DNA of 62,950 bases, counting the filler, from Sphacelaria rigidula (taxonomy: Eukaryota), in NCBI GenBank assembly GCA_964200075.2. It is 9 parts of 9 records of this genome, joined end to end, with 100 filler letters (N's around TTAATTAATTAA, not from the genome) between each part and the next. Parts side by side here need not be neighbours in the genome. Positions count along the whole stretch, not along the records: positions 1 to 6,906 come from CAXNAA020017481.1; positions 7,007 to 13,912 come from CAXNAA020017482.1; 7 more parts are not named here. One strand, written 5' to 3'. Made by a program: the position numbers and the translations under genes. Below the pieces are notes generated by a model. The model ran no database searches. It was not told the DNA's origin and saw only the letters and a program-made list of their open reading frames with translations. Shown here piece after piece: positions 1-13,142 of the stretch; position 1 is the first letter of the stretch, and the number at the start of each line of letters is the position of its first letter.

Positions 1-13
1 TTTTCAACGCTTA

Positions 14-3000
14 ATGCAACGCGTTACAGAGAATCTCGAACACGTCATCATGTACTTGGACGACGCTATCGCATTCGATGCCTCCCCTCTTGCGCATGTG
101 CGCACCTTGCGAGAGTTTCTCTCTCGCCTCTGGAAGCACGATTTGAAACTGTCTCCATCCAAAGCTTGCCTTGGCGCGACTGAACTGGATGTTCTGGGAC
201 ACTCAATTTCACCGGCGGGTCTACACCCCGAAACCAACAAAGTCAGAGCAATGACTGAATTGCCGATGCCCACGAACATCACTCAGCTCCGCTCATTGTT
301 GGGTGGATTGTCCTACTATCGCAAACTTTTGCCTAACCTGTCCAAACGGATTCGCCCCATTACGGACTTGCTGAAAAAAGACGCCGCGTTTGTCTTCATC
401 AAAGATATGGAAGCTATCGTGCGCGACTTGCTGAAAACGCTCACTGAAAAACCGTTCTTTGTTTCCCGGACTGGGATGCCGTACAAGACGGCTCTCGCCT
501 CTTTCAACTACATACAGACGCGAGCACCGGCGGGCTCGGCGCGTTCCTGAATCAGCCTCAACTCGATGGCTCTATTCGACCCATCCAGTACATCAGTCGC
601 GCCACCCTTCTAAACGAGACCAACTGGAGTCCACTGGAGCTGGAAGGCGGAGTCATCACTTGGGCCATAAAGCGCCTCCGACAATATTTGTTCCATGTGC
701 CTTTTCAAATCTACACGGATCACGGAGTACTTGAACAAGTCGCCAAAGTTGGCGAACATAACCCGCGTGTGCAACGCTGGTTGGAGTTCCTGACAGCTTA
801 TCAGTATACCGTCAAACACCGCCCTGGCAAAACCAAAGGGAATGCTGACCTTCTCTCCCGCTTGCCCCTCCCTCCAGCGGCTGTGGATTTCAGCCCCGCT
901 TGCCGACTAACTGAACCCGATGAACCCGGTGTGTATCCTATCGGGCGTTTCTCAACGCCCATTTACCCCCTTGACCTTCATTGCCCAGAGACGGGTATGC
1001 ACATGGGCGGCCCCCGCCCCCTACCGTATGATGCAGTCTTGAGTGGGCTACAACCCACCGACGCCGATTTCGCCAATTTCCGTACTATCGGTCCTCGCGC
1101 CAAAATTGCAGTTTCGCCTGCTCCAGTTGTCCATCTCATTTCCGACAACACACGCTCTCGGTCTGCCGCCCGCGCAAACCCTCCCCGCGCCCCGCCGCCA
1201 CCGACAACACCTACTGCTCCTACGAGAAACGTAGCGCCGGCTGCCCGCAACACCGCACCACGAGCCTTGACAACCCCCGCCACGCACAGTTCTAACAACA
1301 AGCGCCGACGGCAATCTCTGGTGCGCACTACTGCTACATCGCCGCCCGCCGCGGTCCCGTCAGTGCCCACCCCTTCTGATGCTTCCGATGTTCACATCGA
1401 CGTTGGCATCTCCCCCCCGTCGCCTGTTCCACCGCTTCCTGAGCCACCATGTCTGGTCGACTCTCCGGCGGAAGGCCAACTCCGCGAATTTCTCGCCAGT
1501 TACTCCCATCGCGATTGGGCTCGGGAACAATGAGCAGAACCATTATGCCGCGCAACCATGCGGTACCTCCGTGCTGGCTGCCCTGCTCCTTTCCCGGCCA
1601 ATTTATTGGCCCCGATTGGCACACTGCCACCAACAAACGCCGCTGAGGTGTACGAACTCGCGCGCAAAGCTACTATCTTCACAACTGATGAGGGAATCGA
1701 ATTGCTTGTCCGCCGTCCTACGCCCCAGCAGGGTGTAACTTCACCCGCGCCCACTGGACGCCATGCACGCCTACTCGACGATGAACCCACTCGGATATAT
1801 GTCCCATTTTTGATGCGACCGTGGGTAATGAAAGGCTGCCATACTGACCTGTCGTGCCACCTTGGTGTCACGCGCACGTTAGCGTTACTCGAACGTTTCT
1901 ACTGGTGGATAGGTATGGAAGTGTCCACCCGCTTCTGGATTCAGCGCTGCTTCAAAAGTCAAGCTCGCAAAACCTCACGACAGACTATACGTTGGCCAGC
2001 TATTTCGATGGCACTTCCCAACGCTCCTGGTCACCTCGTGTCTTTCGACTATTTTGGTCCTTTACCGCCCACTGACCGTGGCAACACCTACATCTTACTC
2101 TTTACCGATCACTTCAGCCGTCACGCAGCCATGTACGCAGTCACCGCTGGAGACTTCATAGCAGCGGGCACAGCTAATATCTTAGTTCATGACTATATCA
2201 AGCACTACGGTTGCCCGAAACGGCTTCTCTCCGACAATGGTCAAAACATTTGCTCCGATCTCTCGGATGAACTGTATACGCTCCTGGGCATTCGAAAAAT
2301 AGCCACAAGCGCTTACCACCCTAATGGTAACGGTGGTACTGAAAGACTTAACCACACCATGGCCCAGATGCTGTCTATGGTAGTCAACGATCGACAAAAC
2401 GTTTGGGATCTCCATCTCTCACATGTCATGTTGTCTTATAACAACTCCGTCAACGCTGCTACCGGTCTTTCTCCGAACGAGCTACATCTCGGCCGCTACC
2501 CGCGTTTGCCCATCACCGTGTTTGAGAGACACACCTTCGATGACCACCAAGGCCTGGATCAGGATCAGATATCCTACCATGATCTGGCGCGTGCACGCCA
2601 GCGCAAAGTTTTCACTCTCATGCGTGAACAACACGCTATCAACACCTCGCGCCTCGAGAGATCTAATAATACTCTCCACAATCTGATGCACAAACGACCT
2701 ACATGGAAGGTTGGCGATTGGGTCTGGGTTTACAACAGTTTGTCAACCATTCGTCAAGGCGCTGACAGAGCTGCCAACGAGACAGTCTTGAAGACTAAGC
2801 TATCCCTCAACTGGACAGGACCATTCAAGATTCTGACCGTAGGGCCCTCGCCATCTTCACCTGATGGCAAACCTGTCGGTGACAAACTCCTTTATCTTGA
2901 TCTTCCTCGCGATCTTCAAGGACATGACGCCGAATCTCGCGTCTCTGTGCACCGTTGTAAACGTTGCATCAATCCGCATGACACTAGAGACATGCCCAAA

Positions 3001-3706
3001 TATCTGCCTTCCGGTCTTACGCAGTACGTACTTAACAGCTATTCGACCAAATCACCGCCTTATCACGTTACTACCGGCGATGTGACGGAACAACCCCTTC
3101 GTCTCGCCGTGTCCCACATTTCTGGTCACCAGATCACTCGCAGTCGAGGCGGTAAGATTGCTGTCATGTACAAAACTCACTGGCAAGGCCTTCGGAGAGC
3201 GTCTTGGGAACGCGAATCCGACCTCCAGTTGCACCGCCGAGCTAATTCTCCAGTACTGGACACAACCTCAGCAGCAACATCTTGCTAACAACAAGAAATA
3301 TCGCAACATGCGCCGCGGCGCAGCAGCACGCGAACTTCACCGTGACAAAGGTTTACGCTTTGTCGCTGACGGCTATGAATTAGTAGCCACCAAACATTGG
3401 GACGAAAATATTCGCGCGAAACAGGAAGTCCTCTTCAAAGGCGCCTACTTGTGGTACAAAGGAAGCGACAACCTCTGGTGGCTAGGCCAGTCCCACTCCG
3501 CAGACCTCATCGCGCCTGACACATACATCGTGCGCTTCATCGATGACCCCGCACCCGTTCAGCTCAAGCTCCGCCCAGAGTTCTATACCACCAGTCCATC
3601 CGCACCACGAGGATCTTGGTGTCTTCAGCGACTCAAATCCAAAGGCCTCCGCCGCGGAATCCAACATGATATCGATCGCACACATGATGTCAACGCACCG
3701 CTTTGA
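14..3706 (+). pseudogene. pol: Ty3/Gypsy pol, 5'-truncated by contig start: RT, RNase H, Pro-rich linker, integrase, chromodomain, extra C-terminal domain
   Basis: RT motif YLDD and LRSLLGGLSYYRKLLPNLS. RNase H segments FQIYTDH and RVQRWLEFL...HRPGKTKGNADLLSR. Integrase H-H-C-(C>S) zinc finger and DYFGP...SDNG...YHPNGNGGTERLN core. Chromodomain-like ISGHQ...MYKTHWQG...SWERESDL. Disrupted by a frameshift near 460, an in-frame TGA at 1531 and a frameshift near 3240. Confidence 0.95.
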
Positions 3707-4452
3707 GCTCCCACAGACATTCTGCTTTCCAATCCCGACATTTTTTTTCTTTCCTCTTTTATTTTCTTCCCCTGTCGTTTAGATATTTTCCTCTGTTTCC
3801 AACATCCAGGACACACCGATGCCACCCATCGACTTCTTCCACAGCCTACAACCGGAGCTCCTTCGGCGCACATCCACGGACGACGAATGAACATTGCGTG
3901 GAGCACGTTCATCCTCGCCTACTGGAGCTTTTCGTATTCTCGCTTTTGGCTTTTTATATGACTGGCACTGGACCTCTTGCAGTCTTGGAGTTACTCATTC
4001 CCTTGCTTCCTCAGCCACCATGCGCTCGCCGCATGTGATTGACTCTTCGGCGGTTGACTGTGGTACCACCCACGTGACGTTGTGCCCCTTGTATGTTTTC
4101 TCTTTTGCCTCTTTATTTTGGCTAGCACGTCGAAGCATTTTGTGTTCGTCTGTTTAGTTCGCTAGCCCACAGCAGCATTGTGGGCTCCTGCGTCTTCAAG
4201 CACACTTGCGCTTTTCGGTAGCAGATTTCGCTTGCCTTGTTTGAGGTGTGGGAGGATCGGGCAACGGAGTGGATGTTGCCCTCGTCGTCTGGGGTGTACC
4301 TTCTTTTTTTAGCCACTTCGGCCAAGTGCTTTTGTAGCATTGAGTTCGCCTTCCTTGTCGCTCATGACTTGACGTGGAGAAAAACCTCGATTTTCGTTGC
4401 TTTTCGAGATTTCTCATCGCAACTCTACTAGAGGTTCCTCTGGATGGGCGAG

Positions 4453-4860
4453 TGTCATGAAGCTAGGAGGCGTCTATGATCAAATCTGGGGTTCTATAGT
4501 TGCGGATCTGATTGAGCTTGACTAGGCCGGATGTGAGACTGATGAAAAAGTACAGACATGAGTCCCTCAGCCCTCTTGCGGTACTCGCCCGGGTGGAGCC
4601 GATTGTTAAGCCATTGCTATAGCCGGAGAGCAGCTGAGAGAGCATTGAAAGGAGCGGTAACGAATACGAGTGAACAAGAGTCTTTTGTATCAAGCGGGTA
4701 TAGCTTACTGCGTGAAGCTATTGTGGTGTTAGCTGATTTGAACACGTCTATAACCCGATCCCTTGTGAGGACAGAGCTGCAGGTGTGGGCCTTGGAAGTA
4801 TCTGATCTCTGACCCGACCGGCCTGCACCAAGAGGGTGCATCCCGCCTAACACTACAACA
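4453..4860 (+). mobile_element. Probable 3' LTR of the Gypsy element
   Basis: Purine-rich GGATGGGCGAG (PPT-like) directly precedes TGTCATG at 4453, about 750 bp after the pol stop. Candidate end ...CTACA/ACAACA at 4856-4860. The right boundary is approximate because the 5' LTR is absent. Confidence 0.6.
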
Positions 4861-5363
4861 TAACCCCATTATTAAGAGGAGAAAATCTGACGCCCTTCGG
4901 ATATGATCGTGCTCCGTGTGTCCGCCCGGGAATCCAGAAAACGAAAACTGCCGCGCTTAGAGCTCTTAAAAGGATTAGCGATCCTTTCAGGAGACTGCGA
5001 GACTCCAACGTTGCTGAAAGCCCCGTCACTAATTGGTCAGTAGTTGTCAAAGTGAAGTCCACGGGGAGGGATAACCTCTCGACAATTATTGACACCTACC
5101 CTACTGGGTACTGGGCCCACACGCCTTGGCTCCTGCATCGACAGGGGTACAAACACATGAATTTTATACAAGACAGACAGGCACATGCATTTTGCACGCG
5201 ACATTAAGGATACATACATTTCCAACGGCTCATTCTTAAAATGCACTTCATACGCGATCATCAAGCACATACATCTCGTAATTTAGCTTCCTCACCGAAA
5301 CCCGTATATCCTTGACACTGGTGACTGCCTGTGACCCTGAGGTACAGCAAGCTGCGTTTCGTC

Positions 5364-5675
5364 TCAGCGTTCGGGTATCAGACGCTCGAGTTCTGGACGT
5401 GATAGGTCTTCCCATTCTCCATTGTCGTGTCGCACTCGCCAGAAGCAACTCCTGTAATCGTACACCCGACCCTTTTGCTTCACGCCACCAAAAGTCGCTC
5501 CAGAAGGTGAAATAAAGCCCACGGGAAAAGCTCGAGGCATCGTGGCGTGACAGGGAGGCAGGGTACTTTTTCGAGTGGGACGGAGAGTTAGAGGCTGCCG
5601 CTGTGTGATGAAGATGCCAGAGTGCGTGAAATGCGTTGGCTCCAAGGGGGCGAAATCCCCCTCTCGGGTAACCAT
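5364..5675 (-). pseudogene. Degenerate ORF end with Tudor-like domain, probably the C-terminus of a transposon protein
   Basis: FPVG...FGG...GRVYDYRSCFWRVRHDNGEWEDLSRPELERLI* fits the G-x-V-x2-Y...W/F-x-V-x-Y-x-DG-D-x-EDL...EL pattern of Tudor/PTM-like domains. The upstream frame is disrupted. Confidence 0.5.
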
Positions 5676-5849
5676 CCTGAAACCTATCTCTATGGCGTCT
5701 TCCCTTCATATTCCCACATTTTAGTGTCTGAGGAAGCCTACCAAGGTAATAAAGTCAGGGGTCTGATGTGATGTAGCAGACACCTTCAGTTTGTCTGAGC
5801 TTAGCTGATCAGGCACAAACGACTGGGTTTTGGTTTTATTTTGTTAAAC

Positions 5850-6120
5850 TCGGATGCAAACCGTCACTATGCGCGTCGACTTTCATCCGACTATGAGATC
5901 CAGCGAGGCATGCTCCTTGCGATGCCAAAAATAGACACAGAGACCCTAGAACGTACAATAAAAACTGCGCATGCGGAGTTGGACTTGTCTAAGAGCAGGG
6001 TAGGATCTCCATAAAGCCATGCGCTCGCTGCTGCAGCACCCGGCATATCCCACAGTGTCGCATCGGTTGGACGGTCAAATATTGGGGGGGCAAAGGGCGA
6101 ATCCACCACGACAACAACCA
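5850..6120 (+). pseudogene. Copia-like gag remnant
   Basis: Manual translation SDANRHYARRLSSDYEIQRGMLLAMPKIDTETLERTIKTAHAEL...*SHALAAA resembles the UBN2-type gag segment followed by the 'ALAA' motif. Contains an internal stop. Confidence 0.45.
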
Positions 6121-6151
6121 CCAGAGCTCCCCCAGTTCCCATCATTGAGAT

Positions 6152-6906
6152 CACACACGTGGACGGATAGCACCCTGTAGGACGTGCTGCACAGGATTCT
6201 TCGCACTCTTTGTGAAAACCGCTGTACAGCATTTGCAAACCCTAGTACCTCTACCAGCATTTTGTGTAGCGTTTTTTCTCGAGACCCTGTATGCGACCCC
6301 GTGGAGAGGCACTCCCAATTTGAATATTCCAAATTATTTTGATACAAAGTAAATAAATATATTTCTTTCGGACAGCAGAAGAAGCTGTTCGAAAGAGCGG
6401 AATAGATCCATTTTTTCCACAGTTAAATTTGGGGGGGAAAGGATCTATCTTGAATAGCTTCATCTGCTACACAAGTCCCATACACATGTACGGGATATGC
6501 GAAGCAGATAAAGCTGTTCAAAGTATATACTTCTTTTGCCGAGTTAAACAGGGCAAAAAAAGCTGGGCAAAAAGAGGATTTACTTTGAACAGCTCCACCT
6601 GCTCCACAAACCCGATACACACTGGCAGATTTGGAATATATACAGGAGAAGAAGCTCAAAATAAATCCTCACTTTGCCCGCTGATTCATCCGGAAATTGG
6701 GCAAAAAGAGAATTTATTGCGAACAGCCTCAACTGTGCAAGTTCCGCACACTTCACCATAATTAGCGGATGGGATCCGAGATGCAGCAAACATTGTTGAA
6801 AATAACTCATCCTCTTGCCTCCCAATATATATATTGGGCTAAAGAGCCATCCTACGATAGGGGGGGGGGTATTTTGGGGCATTTGTTGCTCGAAATTTCG
6901 AGTCAG
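6152..6906 (+). mobile_element. Non-autonomous repeat, CAC-terminated; reverse-complement copy at 21019-21156 plus 22044-22133
   Basis: 6152-6390 aligns to the reverse complement of the joined 21027-21156 and 22044-22133 segments. Similarity stops at the same CACAC terminus in both copies. Confidence 0.7.
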
Positions 6907-7006
6907 NNNNNNNNNNNNNNNNNNNNNNNNNNNNNNNNNNNNNNNNNNNNTTAATTAATTAANNNNNNNNNNNNNNNNNNNNNNNNNNNNNNNNNNNNNN
7001 NNNNNN
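6907..7006. other. Artificial contig linker (also 13913-14012, 20919-21018, 27925-28024, 34931-35030, 41937-42036, 48942-49041, 55947-56046)
   Basis: Identical 100-bp N44-TTAATTAATTAA-N44 spacer with stops in all six frames, repeating every 7005-7006 bp. Confidence 0.98.
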
Positions 7007-7242
7007 CGCTGGTTTGTGAGCTGTACTGGGTGGAATCGAGCCGGACTGGGATAAGAAGGTAGCTTCAGACACATACTACAACCGTGTATTGCTTTAGTTG
7101 CTATATTACCTTCTTTACACTCCGTCGTGTCTTCATTTTTGGGGTGGTGGTGGGAAACGTGACACTAACCCCCGGCGTAACACTGCCTCGGGCAATTGAG
7201 CCTTACAGAATGAATCATGACGCTGTTCTCGTGCGAGAGCGG

Positions 7243-7476
7243 TAGGCGTCGAACTTTCGACTTCGGAATTGAACCGGTTAAACCGGTTCACCGGAAGAAC
7301 CGGTAAAACCGGCGTAATAACGCCTCTTTTTCCTGGTTAAACCGGTTTTCCGGTTAACCGGTTTAACTGGGTCAAAAAACCTCCGTTTTTTTTTCGTTAC
7401 CGTTACCGGTTAACGCCTGTGGGGGTTTCCAAGAACCGGTTATAACCGGTTCTTTGTCTGCCGGTGCCCACCTCTA
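7243..7476. mobile_element. hAT-like MITE rich in AACCGG/CCGGTT motifs
   Basis: Dense AACCGGTT-type repeats. The right end GTGCCCACCTCTA reads TAGAGGTGGGCAC on the other strand, a hAT-like terminus. The left end and TSD are degraded. Confidence 0.55.
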
Positions 7477-7516
7477 CTCCGAAGGTATGCGAAGAATTAA
7501 ACCTTCATTGAGGCGA

Positions 7517-7560
7517 GTTTGTATTTGTATTTTGTATTTTGTATTTTGTATTTTGTGTTT
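7517..7560. repeat. (TTTTGTA)n microsatellite
   Basis: About six imperfect 6-7 bp units. Confidence 0.85.
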
Positions 7561-9569
7561 TTCTGTACGGGATTTAGTGAAACCCCTCCCCCCCCCCCCC
7601 CACGAAAACACCTAGGAATTTTTGAAAAATCGGCATAGGGTCTCGCATTTGTTTTGGGCACTCCTGGCACAACTCTCAAAAAGTGAGATATACGATATAT
7701 CCAGATTTAATTTGGTTCATCTAGTGCCTCTGCTCGTAATATGATATTGATTTTAGTATGGAACCTTACGTGCGCCATATCTCAAGATAGATAACGAATT
7801 GGGTGGAGGTGAGGGTATCTATCGTCTCCTCGTGCACCAGGGAATGTCCACACCAAAGTCGTCGTCATCCGCTCAATGTATCGATCGGGGTTCATATAGA
7901 TTTTAGTATAGACGCTATCTCCGTTAGGTACTTATTTTCGTGTACTACTGTTGTAGAAATTAATTACTGGACATGGGGTTTAATCGACAGATAAATATTG
8001 GCCTAGACTTTTGAGCAGATGGATACCTTCCCCCTGATTAAACGATGAATACGATATGCGGATCACGATCCAACTCGTGTATGTCAATGAGATTATCGCT
8101 TTGAGAGCTGAGACCCGTCTCTAGGCTGGCCCAGCTCGTAGCGATAACAGTACCCTGAAATACGAGCGGATTCTACCAACCACGAGTCTGACTCATACAC
8201 TAATGTGAGATGATGAAAAACAATACAAAGGCAGTAGCTGCGATATGGCGGCGGCGCATCCCACACAAAAACATGAACAACTTAGGCACGGGGTGCACAG
8301 TACAATAGAGTGCTGCTGCTGCTATTCCTTCAAACAGCTTGAACAGTGGATGGTGAATGCCGCTGCTATTGCCTTCGACGAACATCAATCCGCCAGGTGC
8401 AGACACAGCTGCAGAGAATCATCGTGGGGTATTTCGCTCTGTAGTGCCAAGGAAGGCGAGGGCTGGCGAGCTTGTTAGCGCGGCTACAAAATGCCAGCGG
8501 GGCAGTCTAGCAGGGGACTCGGACGCAGAGGCAGTGAGGCAAGGGGCAATAGGGACTCGTTCACGGCGTCAGTCTCTAGGGGTGATGCGCCCAACACACT
8601 AGCGTCAAAGGAGCACACGTGAGTGAACAGAACAGAACAGACAGCACGGTACGACAGACGGTAGTACTAATTGTCCTGTTGTCTGTATAGTACTGAACTG
8701 TGTCGCATTGCGTGTACTGTGCTGTTGTTGTGCCGTGCTGTTGTTTTATTGTGCTACTGCTGTATGCAAGTACTGTTAGCCTTGTTGAACTGATGGAGTG
8801 CACTCTCTTGCATTGAGCGTGACACCAATTGGGAACACGTCTTTGATTTTTATCGCTGTCGAGATCAGCAGTGCTTTTGGTGACGGAAAGGTGTTTCGTT
8901 GGACAATTCTCGTCGAGATCTATCGATAGGCGTGCGTTTCTTGGTTCACCGCTTTTGTCAAGATGATGGCGCTTGAAAAACTTCAGTTTTTCTCGGGGTA
9001 TATGTGTCTCGCCGCACATGAGAGACCGTGCGGAAGTGGAGACGGTCGGTAGGAGACGCGAATTTGCGCGAAATCAGATGGGATGGTTGTGTTGTGAGTG
9101 GGTAGGAGGTCTTGGGGAAGGACACGTTAGTTGGGGCAATGGCATGAATCGATGCCGCGACTTCTCCTTGTGTGTGGCTGTTCATGATGTAAAACGGCGA
9201 CAACGCAAATGCCACCACGTGTAAAACGGCTCTCTGTTCAGACAAGATTGCCTCTCGCGGAAAAATTGTAGTACGATCGTACCGTTCGGGAGTACTGTAA
9301 TTTTGAACTCTGTTTCGCTGTTGTACTACGTATCACGCCGGAGTTGAGGTTGAAGGTCCCAAATTGCCATTTGTTGTTTGCGGTCGTTGCTGCCCCAGCC
9401 CCAGGTTTGCACGGTACAGAAAGGCACAGCACAGACGGTAAAATACAGAAATACCTTCATCTCTACTTCAAACCTGTTTGGAACAAAGACATCCAACAAA
9501 GACACCCGGCCTCATACTATGACGTGGTGCGGTACGCAGCAGTCCACCCATTACACCGCACCTCACGGA

Positions 9570-9695
9570 CTGATTGTGACTGATCGGTTGATTGATCGGC
9601 TCGTTGATTGATTGTTTCACATTATAATACTCGTAGGGATCCAGACGTCGGTCGCTGTAGGAAGAGATACCCCAAAGCACGTTGAACAAAACCGA
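9570..9695 (-). mobile_element. LINE/SINE 3' tail with (AATC)n end
   Basis: (TGAT)n run followed by sequence loosely similar to the reverse complement of the tails at 16836-16936 and 54590-54695. Confidence 0.45.
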
Positions 9696-11005
9696 CACGC
9701 TGCTTCAGTATGAAGGTTCAGTATACGTTCGTGGACAGGAAACAGACACTACTACTTCCGATGTTTTTGGTTTTGCGAACAGCAATATCAGCTCCAAGCG
9801 ACGGACGAATTTGCCCTGTGCCGTTCAATCAAGCTTTTCCTGCGGGCTTCGAATTCACTACACAGCGAATAGCGTTTGTATACAATAGTACCGTGCAGTG
9901 TGGCGCCTCTCGGTCGAGAGAGGCAGCAGCCATGACGGCGTCGCGGATGTTGGCGTCCTGAGAACTTGAAAGTCTTTCCCTGCGACCCCTATCTGCAATG
10001 ACGTCAGACACGCGGTGTATATGCATGTACTTATCTTTACTGTAGGATTGTTGGTCCGGTAGATTCCGCCTCTTCCTTGGTACAAAATTCAAGTAAACAG
10101 GCGGAAAATCCATCCTCCCGCTGTTGGCAAAAGGACACCCATTTTCAACATGTGCACGCAGCACACAGGGATGTACCAACAACGTTTCGACCTGGGGAAG
10201 GCTCAGGGAACAGGACCAGACTTGCCACTGTTTGATTATCCATCTACGGTACCAGAGTCTTAAGAACCCCAGAAAGCTGTTGGCATCCTGAGGTCCGGCC
10301 TCTGGTTCATCAAACTTTCAGGCTTGGGATCCCCGGTCGCCAGTCGAGAAAATAGTCAGGTGGAGAAGAAACAAAATAACCACAACGAAAATTCAGTTGC
10401 TCCCCAACATGTGAAGCACTGTAGCTTTTGCTTGCTTAAGCCGCTCATCCAATAGAGACCTCGTATGGCGCAAGGAGTGCGCGATGCTAACGTGTCTTGG
10501 TTTGTTACCTGTAGGCGCGCTGATTATTGTGACATGGCAGCTAAACGCTACTAATGCAGACCACAAAAAGGGCAATTGACACCCTCCTTTGCTATACCTG
10601 CACACGTCGGCCATCAACAGTAATATTGTAAACAACAATGGTTGACATCGGATTGTAGTTCGCCTCGTTGTTCATCATGTCATCGGCTCAAACGGTTTCG
10701 GCACCCGTCGTACCATTACGGGGTATAACACCCCTAGTGGTGTGTGTGTGTTGGGGCTCGTCTTTGCCAAAAACATGATGCTGTTGCACTAGTGGTGCCT
10801 CAGCTTGCGTCACTGGTAACATTTTGTCGAGACCTGCGTATGCACGGGGTCTGTTTATCAGTGCATGGTTTTTCCTCTGAGGAGAAAACTAAGCAAGACT
10901 GAACTGACTTTCTCATCGAGGGTGTTATCTCCCGTCATCGACGGCACAACTTCAATGGCGTTGACCGAAGCGAAGGTGTCATCTACGTGAATACTCACTC
11001 CCGTT

Positions 11006-11243
11006 GAAGGGCGTGTAGGGCGGAGTAAATACCCTGGTATTCATACTCCTGGATTTTGTATTGCAACCGTACGATATCAAAACCCGACCCAAATATTGGG
11101 TGAAGTTAGGTACGATCGCAATACTCACCCAATATCTGGGTAATGTTGAATACGATGTCATAAAGCTACCCAGGTTTTGGGTAATTAGGGTATGATTTTC
11201 AAAACATCGAAGTACAGGACATATCCTACCCAATATACCCTTG
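11006..11243. mobile_element. hAT-like MITE (second copy 54870-55090)
   Basis: Ends (C/G)AAGGG...CCCTTG with internal ACCCAATAT/TACGAT motifs. Colinear with 54870-55090. Confidence 0.65.
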
Positions 11244-12054
11244 CTTTTCTCTGAAGCTTGTGCCTGCTACCTGTGCCCGACGTACCATACACCATAATAA
11301 CTTGATTGATGACGGAAACCTTGAAGTCGAGTAGCAGACTGACACTGTTCATTCTTCACGAACGAAACATCCCTTCCGCAACCCTTGCGGGAAACCCGGC
11401 CTAACCTACCCAGACCAAGTCCCCCCGGCATGATTATCTACCCCTGATCGCGCCACAAACCCGATATTCGTGTCGAGAGCAGTCGTGGTCTTTTTGTTTT
11501 TTCAAGGCAAGGGCGCCTTCACCCATCAGGGGTTGAAGCACGAATAAAGGATGACCATGTGCTTTGAGCCCTAAGATGGTCCGTCCGTACTTGCGTTCGA
11601 CACGGCTTGTTTCATGCAATTTCGGTCGACATAAGCTTAGCACCATTCGTTCCAACATAGTTCTTATTGGTTCAGGTACTCGTCAAGCTTTTTTTGCGGC
11701 GTGACCCCGAGAACCGTTATTTTGGCCGATCATTCGCATCTCTTGAATTCGGTAGCATCGCTACATTGTGGTGCATCATTCAGTCTATGATGAGGTACTG
11801 CTGAGTACGATTTTTTCTTGCGGGGGGGGGGGGAGGGGGCGAGGTTGGCAAGGTACTGTTCATGTACACATGGATGGGTTTCATCGTGCTCCAAGCTGCG
11901 TGGATGACAGCTTCTGGTCCGATTTTACGCTGGAAGAGTTTCAATCGCGTACGATAGAAACACATCCACGTCTTCGTTACACCCTATTCGCGGAAACTCA
12001 GATCTGTACGTGACAGCGTATCCAATTCAGTGTACACCCAATTCAGACTGATGT

Positions 12055-12350
12055 CGCAATGTGTTGGTGAGATTGAGAGTAGAGGATACGATTGAGAGCG
12101 AGAAGCGGTCAAGTCATGAATGAGTAGTTTCAGTTCCGAAATGCCCCTCCACGAGGTCTGATACGCTTTCCGTGGTAGCTTGCCACCGAAGCCCTTGATA
12201 TCCCTAAGTAGGATATCGACGTGTAGCTGTAAGCACACGCCAGTGTCACAGGAAAAAAAAAACACAAACAGGAAAAATATTCAAGTTGAATCCAATGATA
12301 GAACCCACTCTCAACCAACGCTCTACTCTCAATCTCACGAAAACATTGTT
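12055..12350 (+). mobile_element. ~300-bp MITE, AAC...GTT family
   Basis: ~45-bp imperfect TIRs (GTGAGATTGAGAGT / ACTCTCAATCTCAC). Colinear with copies at 16489, 21157 and 34211. Flanks ATGT/ATTT. Confidence 0.85.
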
Positions 12351-13142
12351 ATTTGTGGATGATGATATGCTGTGTCGCGCACATGGACTATAGCGGTCGT
12401 TGTAAGTACCTTTCCGGTTCAACATTTTATCTTGAAAGCCGGACCCGTTGTACCTCAAACCCGCGTCATTAGTAGCACAAGATCATATGTATTTTGTACC
12501 ACTGTAAGTGTCATGTCCCAGTTTAGTTTATGTTGTCACTAATATAGGGGCCTCCCTCACCGTGAAGACTTCACTCTGAGGTCGTCTGGTGAGCGCTCAA
12601 GACGGTCTCCGTGTAGGCCGAGCGGTTCACCGTCGGTTGCTCCATTCTTTCGAGTGCCATGAGCAAAAAGCTCGGGATGGGTCACGACTGTCTACGAGCA
12701 TGAAGTAAGATGTGATATCACATGGCAGAAAAACATGGAATGAATGGATTGAGTGGTTCACATGGCAGGAAAAAACATTCATCTCAAAATAAAAAGTTTT
12801 TTTCTCGTGCTTTGCCTGCGGAATTTAGTCCCAGATCTTCCAGTTTTCCATGTTTTCCCTTTGCGTTTCGCGCGTCGGACGCATTTGACCGCCGGTGTTC
12901 GGTCTTGATTGTTTTTTGGTTTGAACCTGCTCGCTTTGTCCTTGTTGCGTCCCGCGTACTCGGAGTTTCAAGTTCAGCGGGAACACGAGCACATCCGCTC
13001 GCACTTTTTGAGCCCGGCACTATGCGATTTGTCATCGGCCGCATATTTTGTCGCAGCACCTCGGTGGTCGCACTGGTACGTAACTGCCATCGTACTGCGG
13101 CCGGATTTTGTGGGTCTCGGTCCCCACAAAGGTGTCTCCTTT

